Positions 27,772-36,790 of a stretch of 64,000 nt of DNA are shown in pieces. The notes below the pieces were generated by a model. The model was not told the origin of the DNA and searched no databases. It saw only the letters and a list, made by a program, of their open reading frames with translations. This stretch comes from a virus (Duplodnaviria > Caudoviricetes). The position numbers and the translations under genes were made by a program. Location: positions 24,369 to 88,368 of the IMG/VR virus record IMGVR_UViG_3300005805_003857; one strand, 5' to 3'. Positions within the stretch are counted from its first letter, which is position 1, and each line of letters starts with the position of its first letter.

Positions 27772-28560
27772 ATGTACTCAACTCAAGTATTCGTTTATAC
27801 GCAACGTCAAATCGTTATTCTTTTATCAGGAAATTCCCCTAGGAGTTATATGCCTCAGTATGCCAAGCCACTTACTCTACACAAAGGTGTAGACAATCAA
27901 ATTCAATTTCAGTTCCTTAATCAGGAACAGAAACCTGTCAATATCACGGGAAAAGAAATCTCTTGCAGAATATTAAATGCTACCGGGGTTACAGTTCTTA
28001 TTAGAAAAGCACTTACTATTCAATTAGGTGCAACAGGCATAGCCGCATTAATGTTAAACCCAGGAGAGCTAGAAGAAATTGAAGCACAAAAATGTTATTA
28101 CACATTAGAGATTCCAGTAGGCACATTTGATTACCCTGTATTCGTAGACCAAAATGCAGGTGGTCGTGGCGATATGAACATTGTTAATAGCATATTACCT
28201 AGCTTTGTTCCTAGTAATGAACTAACTATTCCCACTGGTCAAGCATATCCTAACCCAGATTGGTATTCAAACGACGGAGAATATATGCCTGATTCTAATT
28301 CGGTCGTATATTATACTAGTGTTTATACCACAAGCAACAATCCTACATTAACACTGCAAGCCACATATACTGACTTCTATGGTAATGTATTGATTGAAGG
28401 TTCTACTATTGGTAACACAGATTGGTATCCAATCAGTACAATATATAGTTATACTGAAATAACAGACACATTCCATTATAATGTAAATGGATATCACCCA
28501 TTCATCCGTGTGGGCTTTGTAAGCAATGCGGGCGCAGTAACCAATATATTGGCAAGATAA
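27772..28560 (+). CDS. putative virion structural protein (BppU/Ig-like N-terminal pattern)
   Basis: LTLHKGVDNQIQFQFLNQEQKPVNITG; late promoter at 27760. Confidence 0.55.
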   Translation: MYSTQVFVYTQRQIVILLSGNSPRSYMPQYAKPLTLHKGVDNQIQFQFLNQEQKPVNITGKEISCRILNATGVTVLIRKALTIQLGATGIAALMLNPGELEEIEAQKCYYTLEIPVGTFDYPVFVDQNAGGRGDMNIVNSILPSFVPSNELTIPTGQAYPNPDWYSNDGEYMPDSNSVVYYTSVYTTSNNPTLTLQATYTDFYGNVLIEGSTIGNTDWYPISTIYSYTEITDTFHYNVNGYHPFIRVGFVSNAGAVTNILAR

Positions 28561-28563
28561 GTA

Positions 28564-28592
28564 TTGACTGTGTGACACAATTGTGTTACACT
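28564..28592 (+). promoter_or_regulatory. sigma70-type promoter for primase/helicase with internal palindrome
   Basis: TTGACT-17bp-TACACT; gacacaattgtgtt dyad. Confidence 0.65.
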
Positions 28593-28598
28593 AACTAA

Positions 28599-29579
28599 AT
28601 GTTCGATATTCTGTCTATAATTCCAGGCAAGAAAAAACTCACTCAAGGCGGCTGGCAAAGCTTTAATGCTGTGTGCTGTAATCATCGTGGGCACAAGACC
28701 GACACCCGTAGTCGAGGTGGTGTGAAATTTGACGGACAAACTAATTGGTCATATCATTGTTTTAATTGCGGGTTCAAGTGTGGGTTTACATTAGGTAAGA
28801 GTTTATCAAAGAACACACGACAGTTACTGATATGGTCTGGAGTTGATGATACGCAAATTAGTAAGTGGAGTTTAGAAAGTTTACAACAAAAAGATATATT
28901 AGACTTTACACAACCTAAGAAGAAAGTTAAGATTAAGTTTGATGAACACAAATTGCCTGAAGATGCAGAACTACTTGATAAGAATAATCCACTACACAAA
29001 GTATATGTAGACTATTTACATGCTAGGGGTATAAGTAGTAGTGAATATCCTTTCATGGTCACTCCTAACGAATCAAGTCGCATGGGAAATCGCATCATCA
29101 TTCCTTATACATACAAAAACAAGATTGTCGGTCAAACAAGTAGATTCTTAGACAATAAGATTCCGAAATATATCAACGAACAACAACCTGGTTATGTATT
29201 TGGTTATGACTTTCAACAACCTAATCAAAGTGTTTGTATACTAGTCGAAGGCATCTTTGATGCACTGAGTCTAGGTGCTTGTGCGTTAACCCATAATACG
29301 ATTAATGACGAGCAAGCAGAACTACTATCACACCTTAACAGACAAATCATTTTCGTCCCCGACCGTGATAAAACAGGATTTGACTCCTGTGAGAGGGCAA
29401 TTCAATTAGGCTATAATGTCAGTCTCCCATATTGGGACAGTGACGTAAAAGATGTTAATGATGCCATTGTCAAATATGGTAGACTACCTACACTACTCAG
29501 TATATTACAGTCTGCTACAATGAGCAAAATTAAAATAGAAATACAAAGGAAGAAAATTGGTAAACAAAACGGATTCTAA
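28599..29579 (+). CDS. gp61: DNA primase (T4 gp61-like)
   Basis: Zn-binding C..C/H...CFNC; TOPRIM LVEGIFDA and VPDRDKTG. Confidence 0.9.
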   Translation: MFDILSIIPGKKKLTQGGWQSFNAVCCNHRGHKTDTRSRGGVKFDGQTNWSYHCFNCGFKCGFTLGKSLSKNTRQLLIWSGVDDTQISKWSLESLQQKDILDFTQPKKKVKIKFDEHKLPEDAELLDKNNPLHKVYVDYLHARGISSSEYPFMVTPNESSRMGNRIIIPYTYKNKIVGQTSRFLDNKIPKYINEQQPGYVFGYDFQQPNQSVCILVEGIFDALSLGACALTHNTINDEQAELLSHLNRQIIFVPDRDKTGFDSCERAIQLGYNVSLPYWDSDVKDVNDAIVKYGRLPTLLSILQSATMSKIKIEIQRKKIGKQNGF

Positions 29580-31017
29580 AAAGCAGATTGATTATACACC
29601 AGATGTACAAAAGCTTTTTTTAAGAATGATGATGACTAACGCTGAGTTATATACTCGGGTTATGAACATTATGAACAGTGAAAACTTTGACAAAAGCCTG
29701 CGTCCAGTAGCAGACATGTTCAAAGAACACACTGACAGATATAAAGTTTTGCCTGATGTAACTCAGGTTAAAGCAATGACAGGAGTAGAGATTGAACCTA
29801 TCCCTGACTTAAGTGAAGGGCACAATGAATGGTTCTTTGATGCATTTGAAGCATTTACTAAGCGACAAGAACTAGAACGGGCTATTCTCAAAGCCGCAGA
29901 CTTACTTGAGAAGGGTGACTTTAGTCCTGTTGAAAAACTAATCAAAGATGCAGTGCAGATTAGTCTACAGCGAGACATGGGTACTGATTACTTCTTTGAC
30001 CCTAAAGGTCGTATTAACAAATACTTCAATGCAGGCGGGCAAGTCTCGACAGGCTGGCCCCAGATGGATCGTATTTTATATGGTGGTATGAGTCGAGGTG
30101 AACTCAACATCTTTGCAGGTGGCTCGGGTTCAGGTAAGAGTCTTGTTATGATGAACATTGCATTGAACTGGTTACAAGCAGGGATGAGCGGAGTCTACAT
30201 CACACTTGAATTGAGTGAAGAATTAACAAGTTTGCGTACTGATGCTATGTTAACACAGATGGGTACAAAGTCAATTCGTAAAGACATTGATACAACCGAT
30301 CTTAAAGTTAAGATGGTAGGTAAGAAGTCTGGTAAGTATCGTGTTAAAGGATTGCCTGCACAAAGTAATGTGAATGATATTCGTGCTTACTTAAAAGAGG
30401 TACAAATACAAACAGGCATTAAGATTGACTTTGTGATGGTTGACTACTTAGACTTGGTTATGCCTGTCTCTGTTAAAGTTAATCCTAACGACCAGTTCAT
30501 TAAAGACAAGTATGTTGCTGAAGAATTGCGTAACTTAGCTAAAGAGATGGGTATCTTGTTAGTCACAGCTAGTCAGTTGAATCGTTCAGCCGTTGACGAA
30601 ATTGAATTTGACCATAGTCACATTGCAGGTGGTATCAGTAAGATTAATACAGCAGATAACGTGTTTGGTATTTTTACAAGTCGTAGTATGCGTGAGCGTG
30701 GTAAGTATCAGATTCAATGTATGAAGTCACGTAGTTCAACTGGTGTGGGCATGAAGATTGACTTAGACTATGACATTGAAACAATGCGTATTAGTGATAG
30801 TGATCCTGATGGATATGCGGATCAACAAGCAAAGTATCGTCCAGCACCTAGCCCGACTGACATTATGAATCAAGTAAAAGCACAATCTACACTAGTTTCT
30901 ACAGAACCTATCATTGACCAAGCTACGGGCGAAATAATAGAACCTCTGAATAAGAAGGTTGTAGTAGACGTTCAGGGTTCAAAACTCAAAAATTTACTCA
31001 ACAGTTTGAAGAAATAA
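29557..31017 (+). CDS. gp41: DnaB-like replicative helicase (T4 gp41-like)
   Basis: AGGSGSGKS, ITLEL, VMVDYLDL, TASQLNR, MKSR. Confidence 0.92.
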   Translation: MVNKTDSKKQIDYTPDVQKLFLRMMMTNAELYTRVMNIMNSENFDKSLRPVADMFKEHTDRYKVLPDVTQVKAMTGVEIEPIPDLSEGHNEWFFDAFEAFTKRQELERAILKAADLLEKGDFSPVEKLIKDAVQISLQRDMGTDYFFDPKGRINKYFNAGGQVSTGWPQMDRILYGGMSRGELNIFAGGSGSGKSLVMMNIALNWLQAGMSGVYITLELSEELTSLRTDAMLTQMGTKSIRKDIDTTDLKVKMVGKKSGKYRVKGLPAQSNVNDIRAYLKEVQIQTGIKIDFVMVDYLDLVMPVSVKVNPNDQFIKDKYVAEELRNLAKEMGILLVTASQLNRSAVDEIEFDHSHIAGGISKINTADNVFGIFTSRSMRERGKYQIQCMKSRSSTGVGMKIDLDYDIETMRISDSDPDGYADQQAKYRPAPSPTDIMNQVKAQSTLVSTEPIIDQATGEIIEPLNKKVVVDVQGSKLKNLLNSLKK

Positions 31018-31033
31018 GACTAAATACTATATC

Positions 31034-31288
31034 ATGCAAAAACAAACTCGCAGCCTTTTGGAAGAATTAGAGTCGATTGGCAATAACCGTGATACAAGTC
31101 ACATTATTGAGAGCCGTGGCCATAACATCATTACTAGCGCAATCAATTTGCTAGAAATGATTAATAAACACTATACACCAGAACAGGCCGAGATATTAGA
31201 GCGCAAGCTACTAAGTGCTATCAAAAGCAAGGATCAGAGTAGGTTTGCTAAGTCACTAAAAAAGAACAGTAAAAATGAGCCTATCTGA
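31034..31288 (+). CDS. small hypothetical protein
   Basis: CTAAATA late-promoter variant upstream; SLLEE N-terminal pattern. Confidence 0.65.
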   Translation: MQKQTRSLLEELESIGNNRDTSHIIESRGHNIITSAINLLEMINKHYTPEQAEILERKLLSAIKSKDQSRFAKSLKKNSKNEPI

Positions 31289-32420
31289 ATCCCTATCATC
31301 ACTCAAATCTAAAATTGAAAAACTATCGATTTTAGAAGGAAAAGGTCACCTTGACCATCCTGAGGATATGGTGTTTCTTGGTGGCAGTCAGGGTGCTACT
31401 CAAGCAATTAATGCTACAGTCGCTACTGCAAAGAATCCTAAGACAGTTACAATCAAGTGGGACGGTTATCCTGCATTAATATTTGGTCGTGGAACTAATG
31501 GCAAGTTCACTATTATGGACAAGCACATGTTCAACAAGAAAGATCAAACAGGACGCCAGGTATTCAGCCCTCAACAGTTTGTTGAATATGATCGTGCCCG
31601 TGGAGTAGATCGTTCAGGGTTGTATCAGATTATTGCAGACTTATGGCCTGGACTTGAAAAAGCAGATAACAGTAAAGGTTTTTATTGGGGTGACTTATTG
31701 TTCACCCAACCATTACAAGACCAAAACGGCATGTACAAGTTTAAAGCGAATCCTAATGGTATCGCATACACAGTAGACTCTGATAGTGAAATAGGTCAGT
31801 TGTTCAAGGGTAAGCAATCTGCTATTGTTGTACACCAGTTCATTCCTGCATCAGCACAAACTACTGATGAATCAGTACCATTAGACGGTGGTATAGGAGC
31901 ATTGAAGAATAATAGCAATGTAGCTATTGTTCCTGCTAAAATGCCTATCACTCCTAAACTAAAAGTAGATGCGGCATTAATCAAAAATGCACAGAGTGCG
32001 GTTAGCCAGCATGGAGCCGCAGTTGATAAGTTAATGAATACTGCACCGCAAGCTGCCAACACATTTCAAACATTATTTACTACATATATCAACAAACGTA
32101 TTGTTGCAGGTGATTTGAACAATTTAGTCGATGGATTCATGGAATACTTTAAAGCACGTCCTATGACTGACGCTATGCGAACTAAGTTGACACAGCACTT
32201 AGAAGCAAACAAAGAAGGTCTAGTTGGTGCATTTACTATCTGGGTAGCGTTATATCAAATGAAAATGAACTTAGTTGCACAACTAAACAAAGCCGCAGAA
32301 GCAAGTCCTGTCAAAGGCTATTTACAAGACGGTACACAAACCCAAGAGGGTTTTGTTGCTAACGGACTTAAATTTGTAGATAGAATGGGCTTTAGTCGCC
32401 AAAATCTAGCCGGAAGATAA
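31275..32420 (+). CDS. DUF6267-like protein with ligase-type nucleotidyltransferase motifs
   Basis: HLDHPED, TIKWDG, FYWGDLLF, QEGFVANGLKFVDR. Confidence 0.6.
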   Translation: MSLSESLSSLKSKIEKLSILEGKGHLDHPEDMVFLGGSQGATQAINATVATAKNPKTVTIKWDGYPALIFGRGTNGKFTIMDKHMFNKKDQTGRQVFSPQQFVEYDRARGVDRSGLYQIIADLWPGLEKADNSKGFYWGDLLFTQPLQDQNGMYKFKANPNGIAYTVDSDSEIGQLFKGKQSAIVVHQFIPASAQTTDESVPLDGGIGALKNNSNVAIVPAKMPITPKLKVDAALIKNAQSAVSQHGAAVDKLMNTAPQAANTFQTLFTTYINKRIVAGDLNNLVDGFMEYFKARPMTDAMRTKLTQHLEANKEGLVGAFTIWVALYQMKMNLVAQLNKAAEASPVKGYLQDGTQTQEGFVANGLKFVDRMGFSRQNLAGR

Positions 32421-32502
32421 GCCCAAAACCAACATTTTTTGTTGCCAGGCATAAATAATAGTATGAATCTATACGATTCAAACTTTTTAAAGGAATTTTA
32501 TT

Positions 32503-32925
32503 ATGGCAGGCTTTACAAGAACACACGGCGATGCACAACCAGTATTCGCAATGGACGTACAAAACGGTCCAGTAGCACCATCTACTGCGGCTAACGGCAC
32601 AACTACAAACTTTATCGGTCCAGCAATGGACTTCTTCGGTTTTGACCTAGGTGCTGCCCCTACAGATCAACTAGGCGTTGACGAGATGGTTGCACAAGTT
32701 ATGGTTTCAATCGAACAATTAGCTACAGTTATGATGTACTCTGTATCAGCTACAGCAAACGTCACAAACATGTCTGTTGCTGTTTATCCAGTTGGCGCAT
32801 ACACAGCGGCTGCACTACAAACACAAGTTCGTGCTTTAGGTACAGTTAACGGTTATGACCTAAGTGGTGCTACAGTAACAAACGTTGGTTTCCGTCTAGC
32901 TTCTACAGCTACAAGCGCAAGCTAA
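32503..32925 (+). CDS. abundant small virion protein (decoration-like)
   Basis: Late promoter at 32451, strong RBS, biased codons, A/T/G/V-rich, followed by a terminator. Confidence 0.55.
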   Translation: MAGFTRTHGDAQPVFAMDVQNGPVAPSTAANGTTTNFIGPAMDFFGFDLGAAPTDQLGVDEMVAQVMVSIEQLATVMMYSVSATANVTNMSVAVYPVGAYTAAALQTQVRALGTVNGYDLSGATVTNVGFRLASTATSAS

Positions 32926-32945
32926 TCAGAAGTTTAACTTCAAAG

Positions 32946-32975
32946 AAATCCGAGATTTATTCTCGGATTTTTTTT
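32946..32975 (+). terminator. intrinsic terminator
   Basis: aaatccgaga...tctcggattt plus T-run. Confidence 0.8.
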
Positions 32976-32991
32976 GCCTCTAAATACAGAT

Positions 32992-33450
32992 ATGAGTTTT
33001 AAAATAAGTTGCTACACATTATTTGATATCACCCAAACAGGTGTTATCAATCGTTCCAGACCAGGGGTAGAAGATGACCCTGAGTTATGGCTACACAAAA
33101 GAAATACACAGTGCAATTTTGACACAATCGTACAAGCAGTATCACTACGTTCACAACCTGAGGATATTACTACACCTAACTTAACAAAGATTAAGTTAAA
33201 TGATTTTGACAGTTTTGGTTTTCTGTTTGAAGAAGAAGATATTGAAATCAATTGCTGGATCTTTGATTTTACAGTACAACATGCTAGTGTATACAATGAT
33301 GGCATAACTGACTTGGGTTCATTGTATTCAGATTGCGACCAAGTACCCATGATAAAGACAAATACAGTATGGAACAAATTACCCGAATTTTTGGATAGCT
33401 CAGATGAACTTAGAAACATTTATTTTAAGGTGGTCGAAAATGATGAATGA
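32992..33450 (+). CDS. hypothetical protein
   Basis: ATG 32992 after CTAAATA. Confidence 0.65.
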   Translation: MSFKISCYTLFDITQTGVINRSRPGVEDDPELWLHKRNTQCNFDTIVQAVSLRSQPEDITTPNLTKIKLNDFDSFGFLFEEEDIEINCWIFDFTVQHASVYNDGITDLGSLYSDCDQVPMIKTNTVWNKLPEFLDSSDELRNIYFKVVENDE

Positions 33451-33925
33451 CATTGAATTAGAACGTAGATTCAATAGGATGATTGACTCCAGGGAACTGG
33501 ACGATTTACAGGATATTTCTATTTTTGAAACATCTAAAGATAATTATGTTGTATTTAAAAATTACAATGTCATAAAAAAAACTAAAACAGACGTAGATGT
33601 ATGTTTAATAAACGGTGATTTGGTTCATTCTTTTTCTAGTATGAGGAACGCAATTTGTTGGTGTATTTTTGACAAGCGTGGTAAATATGTGTTAGCTAAT
33701 AGAATCATCACCTTAGATAGAGGTATATCTAACGAAGAAGTGCAAATAAACATTCATAATAATTTGTTTAAAAAAGCAAAGAAAACAGACGATAAATTGA
33801 TATTCCTAGCTAAATTAAACGAAGATAAGTTTAGACGAAGCTCAATGTATCGTGAATTAGAGAGTTATGTAGGAGAATCTGACTACTGGCAACAGCATCA
33901 GTTCAGATTAAAAACCACACATTAA
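33440..33925 (+). CDS. hypothetical protein
   Basis: Overlaps upstream stop. Confidence 0.6.
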   Translation: MMNDIELERRFNRMIDSRELDDLQDISIFETSKDNYVVFKNYNVIKKTKTDVDVCLINGDLVHSFSSMRNAICWCIFDKRGKYVLANRIITLDRGISNEEVQINIHNNLFKKAKKTDDKLIFLAKLNEDKFRRSSMYRELESYVGESDYWQQHQFRLKTTH

Positions 33926-33971
33926 AGCCAAAAGTGATAAATACTTTATATTAGTCTTGGGACCCACAATT

Positions 33972-34688
33972 ATGAAATTAACAGATTTTGACAAACAACC
34001 AGTATACAGTGCTCAAAGAGCATTGAAAGAACACTATGGTACATCCATTGATGTTAGCAGAATGTCTTATGCACAAGTCCGCACTATGCTAAGTAAAGTT
34101 CGCGGTTTGATGAGTGAATCAAAAGCATCAAATAAATTTTACGAAAGCACAGGCAACGGTTCATACATGAAACTAGTTTTCATGGAACAAGCATTGAGCA
34201 AGCAGTTTGCTTACTTGAGCACACAACGTCCACGTATAGTTGTTGAAAACGAAGAAGTAGAAAAGTCACAGACTATTCTAGCCGCACAAGATATGGTTGA
34301 CTCTATCCAAAAGATGGTTGAGCAAGTCAGCGATATGATTGTTAAAGAACTACCTGCATTAGTTGATTCAGTTCAATCTGAAATTGGTGTTAACGAGAGT
34401 TCATCATTCAGTCAACAAGCTTCAGAAGCATTGACTTCATTGCAAGCCGCATTGACTCAAAGCCAAACTACAATGAAGTCTGCTGTTAACGGTATCACTG
34501 GTCAAGGTGATATGGGTGCATTTGACGCAGGTAGTGACGTTTCTGCTGATATTGGTGGTGATTTAGGTGGTGAGGAAGATTTCGGCATGGATGCTACTGA
34601 AGAACTACCGGACGGTGGTGAAGAAGATATCGATGTAGACATTGAAGAACCAGAAGATTTGGGTTCTGTTGGCCGCGCCAAGAGATAA
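33972..34688 (+). CDS. putative head core/scaffold-like coiled-coil protein
   Basis: Late promoter at 33937; MKLTDF start, coiled coil, acidic G/D/E tail. Confidence 0.5.
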   Translation: MKLTDFDKQPVYSAQRALKEHYGTSIDVSRMSYAQVRTMLSKVRGLMSESKASNKFYESTGNGSYMKLVFMEQALSKQFAYLSTQRPRIVVENEEVEKSQTILAAQDMVDSIQKMVEQVSDMIVKELPALVDSVQSEIGVNESSSFSQQASEALTSLQAALTQSQTTMKSAVNGITGQGDMGAFDAGSDVSADIGGDLGGEEDFGMDATEELPDGGEEDIDVDIEEPEDLGSVGRAKR

Positions 34689-34689
34689 T

Positions 34690-35010
34690 ATGAGACTCTT
34701 TGAGTTTGATACTAGTCCACTATTAGTTGGCTTGGTTGCAACGACCAGCCAACTAGTGAGTGAAATTGATTCTGGTAAAGTTAAACCAGATTGGACGGTT
34801 CCAGAACTCTTGCAATACTACAGAGATAATGATATCATTATTGATAAGTCAGATTTGTACAACATGATTAAAAACCCTCCTTTGAACAAATACATTACCA
34901 ACATACAAGCTGATAATGTAGTGTTTAAGGGTCAGACAGAAGGTGGGGAACAAGCTCCTGATGAAAATAAAAAAGTTGTACAACAAATGGCTAAGCAAGC
35001 AATGAAATGA
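34690..35010 (+). CDS. hypothetical protein (MRLFEF N-terminus)
   Basis: CTS-like start; late operon. Confidence 0.6.
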   Translation: MRLFEFDTSPLLVGLVATTSQLVSEIDSGKVKPDWTVPELLQYYRDNDIIIDKSDLYNMIKNPPLNKYITNIQADNVVFKGQTEGGEQAPDENKKVVQQMAKQAMK

Positions 35011-35327
35011 TAACACTAACAACAAAAGCAAGTAGCAAAGTACAACAGCAAATTCAAAAACGAGGCAAAGGTCTGGGGATTCGCATAGGTGTAAAAACTA
35101 CGGGTTGCTCGGGCTTAGCCTATGTACTAGAGTTTGTTGACGCACCTATCGAAGGTGATATCAAAGTTGATTGTGAAGGTAGTGTATTATTTGTAGATCC
35201 AAAAAGTAGTGCATATGTTCAGGGATTAGAAATTGATTTTGTCCGCAATGGACTGAATGAGGGTTTTGAATTTAAGAATCCCAATGAGCGTGACCGTTGT
35301 GGTTGCGGCGAGAGTTTCCGAATATAG
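35007..35327 (+). CDS. iscA: IscA/HesB iron-sulfur cluster assembly protein
   Basis: TGCSGLAY, VDPKS, NPN...CGCGESF. Confidence 0.95.
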   Translation: MITLTTKASSKVQQQIQKRGKGLGIRIGVKTTGCSGLAYVLEFVDAPIEGDIKVDCEGSVLFVDPKSSAYVQGLEIDFVRNGLNEGFEFKNPNERDRCGCGESFRI

Positions 35328-35355
35328 TTGACAATCGTACTATAATCAACTATAA

Positions 35356-36051
35356 TTGACTATAATGTACAATCCCACAAAATTCAATTATGTTCCCATG
35401 AGCCGTGTAGAGATAGACGGCAAACGCCGTTATGCTACACCTGATGGTGAGAAACTACCCAGTGTCACTACGATACTAGACTTTACCAAGTCAGAAGAAT
35501 CAAAACAAGCATTACAAAACTGGCGCAAGCGTGTTGGTGTTCAAAAAGCGCAAGAGATTACTACAGAAGCCGCAGGTCGTGGCACACGAATGCACAAGTG
35601 GCTAGAAGATTACATTAAGACTGGTGTACTCAATGAGCCCGGAAGCAATCCATATAGCATCCAAAGCCATAAAATGGCCCAGAACATTATCTATCAAGGT
35701 CTTAGCAAGTGTAATGAATACTGGGGCACAGAAGTTCCTTTGTATTTTCCAAAGATTTACGCAGGGACGACGGACTTAGTAGGAATACATGATAGCGATG
35801 AAGCTATCATGGATCACAAACAAACAAATAAGCCTAAAAAGCGTGAGTGGATCGATGATTACTTTGTTCAGTTAGCGGCTTATGCTAATGCACATAATGA
35901 ATTACACGGAACAAAGATACGCAAAGGTGTCATTTTTATGTGTTCTGCTGATAATCTATATCAGGAATTCATCTTAGAAGGCTCTGAATTCGACAAGTAT
36001 ACTGATATGTGGTTCAAAAGAGTCGAACAGTACTATACACAGTTCCTATAA
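35356..36051 (+). CDS. PD-(D/E)XK exonuclease
   Basis: PSVTTIL, RGTRMH, EVPLY, YAGTTDL, DHKQT, QLAAYA; promoter TTGACA(35328)-17bp-TATAAT. Confidence 0.85.
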   Translation: MTIMYNPTKFNYVPMSRVEIDGKRRYATPDGEKLPSVTTILDFTKSEESKQALQNWRKRVGVQKAQEITTEAAGRGTRMHKWLEDYIKTGVLNEPGSNPYSIQSHKMAQNIIYQGLSKCNEYWGTEVPLYFPKIYAGTTDLVGIHDSDEAIMDHKQTNKPKKREWIDDYFVQLAAYANAHNELHGTKIRKGVIFMCSADNLYQEFILEGSEFDKYTDMWFKRVEQYYTQFL

Positions 36052-36094
36052 CAAAAATTGATAAATAAATGTAAATCTGTAAAGAATTACACTT

Positions 36095-36790
36095 ATGGTC
36101 ATATATAAAACAATCAATCAAATTAATGGTAAATGGTACATTGGTAAAGACGCCAGCAACCGCTCTTACTATCTAGGATCAGGAAAAGCATTAAGAAATG
36201 CTTTGAAAAAGTACGGGAAACAAAACTTTATAAAAGTTATCCTCGAAGAATGCACTGATCTTATCCATCTATCTATCCGTGAAAAACACTGGATAAGCAT
36301 TACCTCGGCTACCACTAATTCTATGAGTTACAATATTGCACCAGGCGGTGAAGGTGGTAATCGCAATGGCTTCATTGATTATACAAAAATAGATTATAGT
36401 AATCATAAAATGACTGGTGCTATTAATTGGTTCAACTCACTTAATGAAACCGAGAAAAAAGAATTTCATGCTACACAGGCTTTAACAAGATGTAAAGGCT
36501 GGTATGTTAGTACAGTGGATGACCCCACGGAGACGTATGTGCTTAATATTGCTCAGTGGTGTAAAGATAATAACGTAGACCCTTCAACAGTTTCAAACTT
36601 GACGAATCCTAGTCATGTATTATTTCAAAAACAAGTTAAAGGATGGAGATTTAGAAAAGAAGGACAGGCCCGATTATCCAAATATGTGAATAAACAAAAA
36701 ATTGGTCATCCCAATGTAGCGTGTAAGGGTAAATCATGGAAAATTGTCAATGGTATACGAGTTTGGTTTAATAAGGAGACTGTACTATGA
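36095..36790 (+). mobile_element. free-standing GIY-YIG (Seg-like) homing endonuclease
   Basis: IYKTINQINGKWYIGK...YLGSG, REKHWI, YNIAPGGEGG; late promoter at 36061. Confidence 0.9.
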
